Shown one piece after another: positions 36,327 through 44,668 of a stretch of DNA of 57,908 nt. The DNA comes from a virus (taxonomy: Duplodnaviria; Caudoviricetes): positions 1 through 57,908 of IMG/VR virus record IMGVR_UViG_3300023208_000397, one strand, 5' to 3'. The notes under the pieces are model-generated. The model saw only the letters and a program-made list of their open reading frames with translations. It was not told where the DNA came from and searched no databases. A program made the position numbers and the translations under genes. Position 1 is the first letter of the stretch, and the number at the start of each line of letters is the position of its first letter.

Positions 36327-36834
36327 GCAAGAGGAATCTTTCGCCTGTGGAAGCGATTACTGGCAAGTCGGGGAACTCGCTGATCAGCTCTTGGCGAAGT
36401 GCTTCGCAAATCTCGTAGCAGGTCGGCATTTCGGGAACGTCGCCTTCGTAGCTGTAGCGCCATCTGATGAATGCGCTGGAGCCATGCGCAAGGTTGCTGT
36501 CAAAGTCAAACTCAAGTTTCACGCCGGCCGGCATTCTCATCATCACGGCGACGATCTGGGTAACGACTTCTGGCTTCGCGACCTCGGCGTCGTAGCGCGA
36601 GCGAATGCTGGCTTTTGCTTTGGCGGGCAACTTTCTAAACAACTCAACATGATCGTGCAGTCCCTTGTGCTTCAAGTTGTTGGCCGCCAGCAAAGTCTTG
36701 AGGTAGAGCTCTATCGCCAAGGCAACGAGCGTGATCCTCGGGCCGAAGAGCTCAGGCTCGCCCACCAATCTTTCCGAAGCGGCGCGGTTTCGCTCTGCGA
36801 CCTGAAAGATGTCACGCACAGTCTTCTCGTTCAT
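36310..36834 (-). CDS. HEPN-like domain protein
   Basis: AIELYLK, H.GLHD..ELF..L and F..WRYSYE pattern; GGAG RBS. Confidence 0.65.
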   Translation of the reverse strand: MNEKTVRDIFQVAERNRAASERLVGEPELFGPRITLVALAIELYLKTLLAANNLKHKGLHDHVELFRKLPAKAKASIRSRYDAEVAKPEVVTQIVAVMMRMPAGVKLEFDFDSNLAHGSSAFIRWRYSYEGDVPEMPTCYEICEALRQELISEFPDLPVIASTGERFLLLKHRG

Positions 36835-36876
36835 GTTTGCTCCCGGAGATACGCCGCGGAGCATGCCATGAGCCAT

Positions 36877-36892
36877 TGATTTCCCATCCCCT
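36877..36892 (+). repeat. 16-bp repeat TGATTTCCCATCCCCT, copy 1
   Basis: Identical to 37182-37197. Confidence 0.85.
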
Positions 36893-36905
36893 CCGCGAGG
36901 ACCGC

Positions 36906-37184
36906 ATGACCATTGAACGCGTCTACAAGTACCCGCTTCCGCCGCTCGGCGACTGGATCAGCATGACGCTGCCAGAGGGTGCTGAGCCGCTTTGTGTGCA
37001 GGTGCAGGATGGCCAGCCGTGCATGTGGGCGCGGGTGGCTATCGGCAAGCCGCCCGTGACGCACCACTTCCGTGTCGCTGGCACCGGCCACGACCTGGGT
37101 AGCAATGTTGGCCGCCACATCGACAGCTTCCAGCTTCACGGCGGCGCCTTGGTGTTTCACCTCTTCGCTGACGCTGGCGCCTGA
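36906..37184 (+). CDS. Small conserved phage protein (DUF7352-like)
   Basis: VYKYPL...LPEGAE.L.VQ.Q...C.WA.V and GTGH...VFHLF; GAGGA RBS. Confidence 0.75.
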   Translation: MTIERVYKYPLPPLGDWISMTLPEGAEPLCVQVQDGQPCMWARVAIGKPPVTHHFRVAGTGHDLGSNVGRHIDSFQLHGGALVFHLFADAGA

Positions 37185-37198
37185 TTTCCCATCCCCTG
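37182..37198 (+). repeat. 16-bp repeat copy 2 / right putative recombination site
   Basis: TGATTTCCCATCCCCTG, ending 34 nt before the recombinase ATG. Confidence 0.8.
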
Positions 37199-37232
37199 CC
37201 GACGCCGCGCCGCCGGCCCGGCCCGGCCCTGA

Positions 37233-38222
37233 ATGAGCCTCACACACTCCGAGCTTGAAGAACTGCTGCGCCTGGCCCTCACCGCCCTGCGCGGCCAGGC
37301 CCTGGCGGCCGGCGTGCCCCCAGCGGCGCCGGCCAGCCTACCAGCGCAAACCAGCGCGGGCCCCACGCTCGCCGAATGGCTGGTGACCTACCGCAAGGTC
37401 ATCGCCGAGCGCGGCTACAACGAGCAGACCCTGAAGAACCGCGCGGCCAGCCTCAAGCACATTGAGGGCGCCTGGGGCGCGCTGGCCCTGCGGGCTAATT
37501 GTCCCGTGGACATCGCCAGCCGCATCAAGCGCTGGACGCCGCACACCGCCGGCCGGATCCTGGGCGAGCTGCGCGATGTGTTCGTGGAGGCCATCGCCCA
37601 CGGCGAGGCCGAGACCAGCCCGGCCGCGCACGTCAAGGCGCCTCGCGCGCCGGGCCTGCGCAAGCGCCTGACGCTGGATACCTGGCAGAGCATGCTCACC
37701 CTGGCCCAGGCCGGCCCGCAGGCCTGGGTGCCCGCCATGCTGCTGCTGGCCCTGCACACCGGCCAGCGCCGGGCCGACCTGGCCAAGATGCGCTTCGATG
37801 ATGTGGTGGACGGCTGCCTGCGCGTCGAGCAGCAGAAGAAGGCCCGCAAGCCCATCGGCGCCCGGGTGGCCATCCCGCTGCATCTTCGGCTGCAGGCCAC
37901 CGGCCTGAGTCTGGGTGAGGTCATCGAGCTGTGCCGCGGCATCGGCGCCCCGGGCGACTACCTGCTGCGCAAGCGCGGTGGTGGCCGCATCGAGGAGAGC
38001 TCGCTCTCGGCGCGCTTCCGGGAGCACATCGTGGCCGTGGCCGGGCAGGGCGCTTACCAGCGCTTTGAGTGGCCCAGCCTACACGAGGTGCGCAGCCTCA
38101 GCGCCCGCACCTACATCGCCAGGCTTCCATGCTGTGCTCGTGTTGAAGCGGTATCGGAGGTAAGCCAAGGTGAGCGCGACCATGACCCAGGTCTTCCACG
38201 GAGGTATCCCAAGATCCTGTAG
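37233..38222 (+). pseudogene. Lambda-Int-like tyrosine recombinase without an arm-binding domain, C-terminally disrupted near 38120
   Basis: LALHTGQRRADL, QQKK and PSLHEVRSLSARTY present; the expected LLGH...Y box is absent in all + frames. Confidence 0.8.
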
Positions 38223-38339
38223 CTTGAGCGCCTCCTGGATGAGTTTGACCGGCTGCACCTGCAGGAATGTAACGACCAGAATCATCGTGCTGAACACGAC
38301 CAGATTACGCCTGACTTTGCTGTCTTCGTCTTCGATCAT
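38079..38339 (-). pseudogene. Truncated membrane protein gene
   Basis: GGGAGG RBS and two hydrophobic helices, then the ORF runs into antisense recombinase sequence near 38120. Confidence 0.55.
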
Positions 38340-38370
38340 CTGAGCCTCCCTGCTCTGATTCTCACCCAGC

Positions 38371-38390
38371 CGTGCCAAGGCTGGCACCGT
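38371..38390 (+). promoter_or_regulatory. Late-promoter motif copy 5 (leaderless spanin mRNA)
   Basis: CGTGCCAAGGCTGGCACCGT, 7 nt before ATG 38398. Confidence 0.75.
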
Positions 38391-38397
38391 GGCGGCC

Positions 38398-38898
38398 ATG
38401 CCCTGGTCCCACCTCATCGCCGCCGCCGCTGCCGCCCTGGCCGCCTGGCTCGTTCAGGACTGGCGCCTGGGCGAGCAGATCGCGCAGCTGCAGACCGCGG
38501 CCGCTGAACAGCGGGCCCAGGCCGCTGAGGACCTGACCGAGCAGGTCCGCCACGTCCTAAAAGCCGAGAGGTCCCAACATGCCCGAGTCGCCCAAGCCGA
38601 GCGCGCCGCGCGCGCCCGGGAGGTTTTGCTGCGTGACGCCGCTGCTGCTGCTCGCGCTGAGCGTGACAGCGTGCGCGACGCGTCCGCCGCCGCCGTCCGA
38701 ACTGCCCAGGAATCCGCCGCCGCCTGCCCTGAGCGAGCTGCTGCCCTCGGAGCCGTATTCGACCAGTGCACAGCGCGATATGAGGCGCTGGCGCAGCGAG
38801 CTGACCGCCACGCCTCCGACGTCCGCACGCTGATCGAGGCCTGGCCGGCCGACGTGCCAAGGCTGGCAGATTCGCCGCCACCACAGCAATCGGAGTGA
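38398..38898 (+). CDS. Rz: Rz-like i-spanin
   Basis: N-terminal TM with W.VQDWR, Ala-rich coiled coil, embedded lipoprotein ORF. Confidence 0.8.
   Translation: MPWSHLIAAAAAALAAWLVQDWRLGEQIAQLQTAAAEQRAQAAEDLTEQVRHVLKAERSQHARVAQAERAARAREVLLRDAAAAARAERDSVRDASAAAVRTAQESAAACPERAAALGAVFDQCTARYEALAQRADRHASDVRTLIEAWPADVPRLADSPPPQQSE
38579..38833 (+). CDS. Rz1: Rz1-like o-spanin lipoprotein (embedded, +1 frame)
   Basis: LLLLALSVTAC lipobox followed by a Pro-rich segment; exact start uncertain. Confidence 0.75.
   Translation: MPESPKPSAPRAPGRFCCVTPLLLLALSVTACATRPPPPSELPRNPPPPALSELLPSEPYSTSAQRDMRRWRSELTATPPTSAR
38853..38872 (+). promoter_or_regulatory. Late-promoter motif copy 6
   Basis: CGTGCCAAGGCTGGCAGATT, upstream of ATG 38902. 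Confidence 0.75.
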
Positions 38899-38901
38899 GC
38901 C

Positions 38902-39096
38902 ATGGGTATGTCTGTCGCCATGCGCAAGGAAGAAGAGGAATGGCGCGTCGAGTCCGATATGCGGACCCTGATGGAGGCCGAGGAGATCCGCCGCGATCCC
39001 AAGCGCCTGGCCAAGGCCACTGCGAAGGCTCAGGAAAAGCTGCTGGAGATCGCGGCCGTGGCCGGCGAGTCCAAGCCGCCTGCCAAGAAGGCCTGA
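38902..39096 (+). CDS. Small head-module protein
   Basis: GGAG RBS; WRVESD.RTL.EAEEI..DPKR. Confidence 0.7.
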   Translation: MGMSVAMRKEEEEWRVESDMRTLMEAEEIRRDPKRLAKATAKAQEKLLEIAAVAGESKPPAKKA

Positions 39097-39137
39097 GGGC
39101 CACCAACTTCACCACCACCTCCTAGAGGACAACGAGC

Positions 39138-40226
39138 ATGAGTTCCAAGGACCCCAACGACCAAGACCTGGGCCCCATCAGCGAGCAGGATGCCCAGCAC
39201 GCGCTGTCGACGCTGACCGACGAAGAGCGCGCCGCGATGGCGGACGAGCCGTCCGAGCACGAGGTCGCGGCCCTGCGCGCCGTGGCCGCAGCTGCCGGCG
39301 GCGACGATGACGAAGGCGAGGAAGAGGAGGGCGCTGCTGCAGCTCCCGCTCCGGCCCCGGCCCCGGCCCCGGCCGCTGCGACTCCCGCTGCCGCGCCTGC
39401 TCCCGCGGCCTCCATCCAGGCCGAGCCCTCCGGTGATGCTGCTGCCGCGGAAGCGCCGGCTGCCGCGCCCGCCCCCGCGCCGGCTGCTGTGGCCGACATC
39501 GTGATCCCCGAGGCCCGCCCCCAGGCCGGCTACGTCGCCAAGCTGCCCGATGACTACCAGGACCGGGTCACCAAGTTGGCGGCCGATTCCGAGGAACTGG
39601 CCAAGAAGTTCAAGGCTGGCGAGATCGAGCTGGACGCCTTCCAGGCCGAACAGGCCCGGCTGCTCGAGGTGCGCGACGAGCTGACCAAGCTGCGCTTGAA
39701 GAGCGAGATCTCGGAGGAGATGCAGGCCCAGAGCCAGGAACAGGTCTGGCGCAACACGGTCGCGAGTTTCATGGACCAGGTCGTGGTCGCTGGTGGCGTG
39801 GACTACCGCAAGGACGCTGCGCGCCAGAACGACCTCGACGGCTTCCTGAAGGTGCTGGCCGCGAACCCTGCCAACGAGGACAAGTCCATGGGCTGGTTCC
39901 TCAATGAGGCCCACAAGCGCGTGGTCGCCCTGCACGGCGACGGCCGTGCCGCGGCGCCGGCACCGGCCCCTGCTGCTGCGCCCGCTGCGGCACCCGCTGC
40001 GGCGCCGGCGGCTCCTGCTGCCGCACCGACAGCACCGACAGCACCGAACCGCAAGCCGCCCGTGGAGGCCGTGCCCGCGAACCTCGCCCATGTGCCCGGC
40101 AGTGACGGCCCGGGTGATGTCGGCGACGAGTTCGCTGATCTCGACGCGCTGGAGGGCGAGCGCCTGGAGGCCGCGCTGCGCGCGATGTCTCCCGAGAAGC
40201 GCGAGCGCTACCTGGCGGGGGCCTGA
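39138..40226 (+). CDS. Capsid scaffolding protein
   Basis: Acidic with Ala/Pro linkers and a coiled coil; C-terminal MSPEKRERYL; upstream of the capsid gene. Confidence 0.75.
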   Translation: MSSKDPNDQDLGPISEQDAQHALSTLTDEERAAMADEPSEHEVAALRAVAAAAGGDDDEGEEEEGAAAAPAPAPAPAPAAATPAAAPAPAASIQAEPSGDAAAAEAPAAAPAPAPAAVADIVIPEARPQAGYVAKLPDDYQDRVTKLAADSEELAKKFKAGEIELDAFQAEQARLLEVRDELTKLRLKSEISEEMQAQSQEQVWRNTVASFMDQVVVAGGVDYRKDAARQNDLDGFLKVLAANPANEDKSMGWFLNEAHKRVVALHGDGRAAAPAPAPAAAPAAAPAAAPAAPAAAPTAPTAPNRKPPVEAVPANLAHVPGSDGPGDVGDEFADLDALEGERLEAALRAMSPEKRERYLAGA

Positions 40227-40423
40227 TGTCGCTGCAGCCCTCGATCCTCTTCATCGACCTGCAGCCCGGCCAGGCCCTGGTGGTGGGCGAGGGCAACGTG
40301 ATCGTGCAGCTCGTGCACAAGACCGGGCGTGTTGCGCGGATGCGGGTGACCGCACCGCGCGACGTAAAGATCGACAAGAAAACCGACGAGCCTGGGCCCG
40401 AGGTTCGTACCAAGGCTGATTGA
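40226..40423 (+). CDS. Small CsrA-like beta protein
   Basis: LFIDLQPGQALVVGEGNVIVQLV.K.G..ARMRV.APRDVKI parallels the CsrA strand pattern. Confidence 0.55.
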   Translation: MSLQPSILFIDLQPGQALVVGEGNVIVQLVHKTGRVARMRVTAPRDVKIDKKTDEPGPEVRTKAD

Positions 40424-40425
40424 AT
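40406..40425 (+). promoter_or_regulatory. Late-promoter motif copy 7 (variant), before the capsid gene
   Basis: CGTACCAAGGCTGATTGAAT. Confidence 0.6.
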
Positions 40426-40508
40426 CCAGCCACGGTCGCTGATAAGGCGGCTGCGAAATGCGAGCGCAGGAAGTGCTCTTTCAAGTTCAAAACTGAAGGA
40501 GTGTTTCC

Positions 40509-41624
40509 ATGGCCCGTACTATCGTGGGCGTCAACGACCCGAAGGCTGTCAAGCGCTTCGGCGGCATGCTGGCGCTCGACACCTCGCAGAAGTCGTACTG
40601 GAACACGCGCTTCATGGCGCGTGGCGCCGAAGCCGAAGTCCCCATCCAGATCCTGACCGACCTGGAGTCCGACGCCGGTGAGCAGATCACCTATGACCTG
40701 CTGGCCGAGCTGAAGATGGCCCCGGTCGAGGGCGAGGACACCCTCGAGGGCAAGGAAGAAGCCCAGAAGTTCTACACCGACTCGATCTACATCGATCAGG
40801 CCCGCTGCGGTGTGAACACCGGCGGCCGGATGACCCGCAAGCGAACGCTGCACAACCTGCGTGAGAAGGCCAAGCGCCAGCAGTCCAGCTGGTGGGCCCG
40901 CCTGCAGGACGAGCTGCTGTTCATCTACACCTCGGGTTCCCGCGGCATGAACCCCAACTTCCTGCTGCCGCTGGGCTACACCGGCCGCGCCGGCAACCCG
41001 CTGTATGCCCCGGACTCCAATCACGTCCTGTACGGCAACGACGCCACCGCGTTCAACAACATCGACGCGACCGACAAGTTCGACCTGCGCATGGTGGACC
41101 GGGCCAAGACCCGTGCCGACAGCCAGGGCGGCGGCGCCACCGGCATCCCGGTCCTGCAGCCTTGCAAGATCGACGGCAACGAGACCTTCGTGTGCGTGAT
41201 GCACACCTTCCAAGAGGATGACCTGCGTAGCAACACGCAGACCGGCCAATGGCTGGACATCCAGAAGGCCGCCGCCTCGGCCGAAGGTCGCAACAGCCCG
41301 CTGTTCAAGGGTGCGCTCGGCATGTACCGCGGCGTGGTCCTGCACAGCCACCGCAATGTGATCCGCTTCAACAACGCGGGTGCGGGCGCCAACGTCGAGG
41401 CCGCGCGCGCGCTGTTCCTGGGCAGTCAGGCCGCCGTCGTCGCCTTCGGCAGCCCGGGCACGAACATGCGCTTCAGCTGGAACGAGGAGACCCGCGACAA
41501 CGGCGACAAGGTCGTGATCACCACCTCCTCGATCTTCGGCGTCAAGAAGGTGCGCTTCACTACCGACATCGGCGACCAGGACTTCGGCGTCTACGCGCTG
41601 GACACGGCCGCGGCGAGCCGCTGA
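40509..41624 (+). CDS. Major capsid protein, N4-gp56/DUF4043 family
   Basis: MARTIVGVNDPKAVK, LEGKEE..KFYTD..YIDQ.R, NSPLFKG.LG and DFGV motifs. Confidence 0.92.
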   Translation: MARTIVGVNDPKAVKRFGGMLALDTSQKSYWNTRFMARGAEAEVPIQILTDLESDAGEQITYDLLAELKMAPVEGEDTLEGKEEAQKFYTDSIYIDQARCGVNTGGRMTRKRTLHNLREKAKRQQSSWWARLQDELLFIYTSGSRGMNPNFLLPLGYTGRAGNPLYAPDSNHVLYGNDATAFNNIDATDKFDLRMVDRAKTRADSQGGGATGIPVLQPCKIDGNETFVCVMHTFQEDDLRSNTQTGQWLDIQKAAASAEGRNSPLFKGALGMYRGVVLHSHRNVIRFNNAGAGANVEAARALFLGSQAAVVAFGSPGTNMRFSWNEETRDNGDKVVITTSSIFGVKKVRFTTDIGDQDFGVYALDTAAASR

Positions 41625-41663
41625 GCGGCAGTCGGATCGACAACCTGACATAGGAGAACCGAC

Positions 41664-42131
41664 ATGCCTTTCAGCAACTCCAACGACTACACCACCGGCC
41701 GCAAGCCCCCGGTCACCCCGGCGGGCGCGGAGGTGGTGGCCTGCCGCTTCGAGCTGGATCTGACCACCGGCGACCTGGCGCTCAACAACGTGGGCCAGAT
41801 CGGCTGGCTGCCGGCCGGCTGCTTGCCCGTCGACGTCCTGGTGGATGGCGATGACCTGGACTCGGGCGCCGCGGCCATGGTGCTGCAGGTCGGTGTCTGG
41901 GACGGCGTGGGCGCCAACCTGTCCACGGCGGCCGCCGACGGTGGCAAGCACTGGGGTGTGACCACCGCGGTCAACACCGACTTCCAGCAGCGCCTGACCC
42001 CCAACGGCAACGCCATGGCGCGGGTGCAGACGACCCAGGCTGACCGCCGCATCGGTGTGAAGGTCGCGACCGCGCCGACCACGCCGGTCGCCGGCAAGCT
42101 GGGCCTGACGGTCCTGTACCGCGCCGCCTGA
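41664..42131 (+). CDS. Putative capsid decoration/cement protein
   Basis: AGGAG RBS; follows the capsid gene; beta-rich; precedes a terminator. Confidence 0.65.
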   Translation: MPFSNSNDYTTGRKPPVTPAGAEVVACRFELDLTTGDLALNNVGQIGWLPAGCLPVDVLVDGDDLDSGAAAMVLQVGVWDGVGANLSTAAADGGKHWGVTTAVNTDFQQRLTPNGNAMARVQTTQADRRIGVKVATAPTTPVAGKLGLTVLYRAA

Positions 42132-42170
42132 TCCGGAACCTAGCGCGCCTCGCCTGGCGTACCGCAACAC

Positions 42171-42196
42171 GGGGGAGGCGCTGCTTCCCCCTTTTT
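42171..42196 (+). terminator. Rho-independent terminator
   Basis: GGGGGAGGC-GCT-GCTTCCCCC hairpin followed by TTTTT. Confidence 0.8.
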
Positions 42197-42212
42197 CTAC
42201 CGGGATAGCACC

Positions 42213-42617
42213 ATGAAGCTGCAGACCACCATCGCCCCGCGTCGTGACGGCACCGTCATCGTCCGCGGCCACAAGGGCCAGGAGTTCAAGTTCACGCCCG
42301 ACGAGCATGAGGAACTGACCTGCGACGTCGCCGACGAGATGCTGGTCGCCAAGCTCCTGGCCAGCGGAAACTTCTTCCCCGCCGACGAATCCGACTTCGC
42401 TGTGGCCACGGCCCTGGTGCAGTCTGCGGTCGAGCCCCCCGTGGAGCCCGACGAGCCCGACGACGATCACGGGGAGGTCGATGACCTGCCCGACGACACC
42501 GGCGACCTGAATGCGCTGCCCATCGAAGGCGAGGCCGCAGAGGATGGCGCTGCCGCCGACGAGGCCTCCAGCGCGCCCGCCGCCCAGCCCTCGCGTCGCC
42601 GCCAGCGCGCCGCCTAA
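42213..42617 (+). CDS. Hypothetical protein with an acidic tail
   Basis: Codon bias and position in the operon. Confidence 0.7.
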   Translation: MKLQTTIAPRRDGTVIVRGHKGQEFKFTPDEHEELTCDVADEMLVAKLLASGNFFPADESDFAVATALVQSAVEPPVEPDEPDDDHGEVDDLPDDTGDLNALPIEGEAAEDGAAADEASSAPAAQPSRRRQRAA

Positions 42618-42632
42618 GGTCCCCAGCTGACC

Positions 42633-43250
42633 ATGGCCGACTGGTCGCGCTTCCTGCCCTATCTACTACCCCACGTTGCCGGGGTGGCAGAGCCGGCTGC
42701 CGAACAGGCGTTGCGGGAATCCGCCAGCCTCTTCCTGAAGAAGACCAGGGCGTGGCGGGAATGGCTTGCCGAGATCACGGCTGTCGATGGCCAGCGCACC
42801 TATGCGCTTGTGCTGCCCGCCGGCGCCCAGGTCGTGCAGATCGAGAAGGCCACGGCCAATGGATCGGACATCAGCACGCTGGCCTGGGCCGGATTCAAGG
42901 CCGACCCCGCGCTCTACCCGCCGAACGAGGCGGGCGTGGCCTCGCGTGATCGCGTGTCGGTCACCCTGGGCCAGGCCTGGCCAGCCGGTACCAAGATCCA
43001 GGTGCAGGTGTCGCTGACCTGTTCGGAGGACGCCACGGGTGTCGCCGATGCCATCTTTGCCCATCACCGCAAGGCCATCGTGGACGGGGCCAAGGCTGAC
43101 CTGATGCTCAAGCCGGGGGCGACCTACGCCGACCCCGACCGGGCGGCCGTCGCGCGCGCGGACTTTCAGGCGGCCATCGATGAAGAGGCCGCCCGCGTCT
43201 ACCGGGCTCACTCCAACAACATGCCGCGGCGCCGCCCGGCCTGGTGCTGA
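42633..43250 (+). CDS. Head-tail adaptor-like virion protein
   Basis: Position; F.PY.LP.V.G and F...T.AWR motifs. Confidence 0.65.
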   Translation: MADWSRFLPYLLPHVAGVAEPAAEQALRESASLFLKKTRAWREWLAEITAVDGQRTYALVLPAGAQVVQIEKATANGSDISTLAWAGFKADPALYPPNEAGVASRDRVSVTLGQAWPAGTKIQVQVSLTCSEDATGVADAIFAHHRKAIVDGAKADLMLKPGATYADPDRAAVARADFQAAIDEEAARVYRAHSNNMPRRRPAWC

Positions 43251-43252
43251 TC

Positions 43253-43936
43253 ATGGCCACGCTCGCCAAGAAGATCCTGCAGCGCGCCACGGACATCCTG
43301 TCCGATTCCGGGAGCAAGGCCTGGACCGTCGACGAGATCGTCCGCTGGTTCAACGACGCGCGCCGCGAGCTGGCCATTCACCGGCCCGATGCGTTCGCGA
43401 CCACCGCTGCTGTGGCGCTGGCCCCGGGGGCCCGGCAGACGCTGCCGGCCACGGCCATCAAGCTCATCAACATCCCCAACAACACCGGCGGCGCCAAGAC
43501 GGCGATCCGCCAGACCGAGCGCCGGGAGCTCGATGAGCTGCTGCCCAGCTGGCGCAGCGGTACCGCCAGCACCACGATCAAGCACTTCATCCACGACCCC
43601 AGGAATCCCCTGGAGTTCGAGGTCTACCCGCCGGCAGCCGCCGGTGCGAGCGTGGACGCCGTCTTTGCGGCGTACCCCACGGACATCGCCGAGCCCGGCG
43701 CCGGCAAGACCTTCGCCGACGTCACGGGCGACATCGGCGTCCCAGACATCTACGGCTCGGTTCTGGTGGATTTCATCCTCTACCGGGCCTACCTGAAGGA
43801 CAGCGACTTCGCCGGCCACATCGCGCGCGCCAGCGCGCACTACGGGGCCTTCGCGAATGCGCTGGGTATCGAGGTCAAGGCCTCGCTCACCGTTGCGCCC
43901 GCGGCCAAGAACCCCGGCGGCGCCAGCAGCCCATGA
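43253..43936 (+). CDS. Adaptor/tail tubular protein (DUF6682-like)
   Basis: W...E...W.ND..RE....RPDA, F.VYPP and LYRAYLKD motifs. Confidence 0.7.
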   Translation: MATLAKKILQRATDILSDSGSKAWTVDEIVRWFNDARRELAIHRPDAFATTAAVALAPGARQTLPATAIKLINIPNNTGGAKTAIRQTERRELDELLPSWRSGTASTTIKHFIHDPRNPLEFEVYPPAAAGASVDAVFAAYPTDIAEPGAGKTFADVTGDIGVPDIYGSVLVDFILYRAYLKDSDFAGHIARASAHYGAFANALGIEVKASLTVAPAAKNPGGASSP

Positions 43937-43959
43937 ACACCACTCACGAGGGAGCACGA

Positions 43960-44175
43960 ATGACCGACCAGCACAGTACCGCCGTGATGAACGGCGCCCA
44001 GGCCGCGCCCGCGCTCACCGGTATCGCGATGTGGCTGGGGGGCAAGGACATCAACTTCTGGCTGGGCGTCGCTGGCATCGCCTTCATCCTGCTCCAGGCG
44101 GCCTACCTGGTGTGGAAGTGGCGCCGTGACATCCGCCGGGATCGTGAACGCGTGGGGCTCACCGACGATGAGTAA
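43960..44175 (+). CDS. Holin
   Basis: Small, with TM segments and a basic WKWRRD C-terminus; overlaps the endolysin gene. Confidence 0.75.
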   Translation: MTDQHSTAVMNGAQAAPALTGIAMWLGGKDINFWLGVAGIAFILLQAAYLVWKWRRDIRRDRERVGLTDDE

Positions 44176-44668
44176 GCTGCGCGTCGCCATCGGCTCCCTG
44201 ACCTTGAGCGCCGCGGCCCTGGTGGGCCTGGCCGTGAAGGAGGGATACACCGACCAGGCGGTCATCCCGGTCAAGGGCGATGTGCCGACTGTTGGGTTCG
44301 GGAGCACGACGCGTGCCGACGGCTCGCCCGTGAAGATGGGGGATCGAACGACCCCGGTGCAGGCCCTGCAGCGCACGCTCGCCTACACCCAGCAGGCTGA
44401 GGCCGGCTTCAAGCACTGCGTTCGCGCGCCGCTCCACCAGGCCGAGTTCGACCTCTACCTGGACTTCAGCTACCAGTTCGGCATGGGCTGGACCTGCCGC
44501 AGCATCGCCCCGCTGCTCAACGCCGGCGACTATGTCGGCGCCTGCAACAAGCTGCTGGAGTTCCGGCGCGTGAACGGGTTCGACTGCTCCACGCCCGGCA
44601 ACAGGGTATGCGCCGGCGTCTGGACCCGGCAGCTGGAGCGCCATGCCAAGTGCATGGCGGCGCAGTAG
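44168..44668 (+). CDS. SAR endolysin (GH24 lysozyme)
   Basis: Ala/Gly-rich N-terminal helix, EG...GDVPT.GFG.T and C-terminal C.GVW.RQ..R. Confidence 0.88.
   Translation: MSKLRVAIGSLTLSAAALVGLAVKEGYTDQAVIPVKGDVPTVGFGSTTRADGSPVKMGDRTTPVQALQRTLAYTQQAEAGFKHCVRAPLHQAEFDLYLDFSYQFGMGWTCRSIAPLLNAGDYVGACNKLLEFRRVNGFDCSTPGNRVCAGVWTRQLERHAKCMAAQ

Noticed and set aside
39340-40050. GC-rich tandem repeats (CCGGCC, GCACCGACA)
   Set aside because: They encode Ala/Pro linkers of the scaffold protein and are not an independent DNA element.
43086-43101. GGGGCCAAGGCTGACC as a ninth late-promoter copy
   Set aside because: Only the core matches, it lies mid-CDS, and it lacks the CGT prefix and the CAnnnT element.
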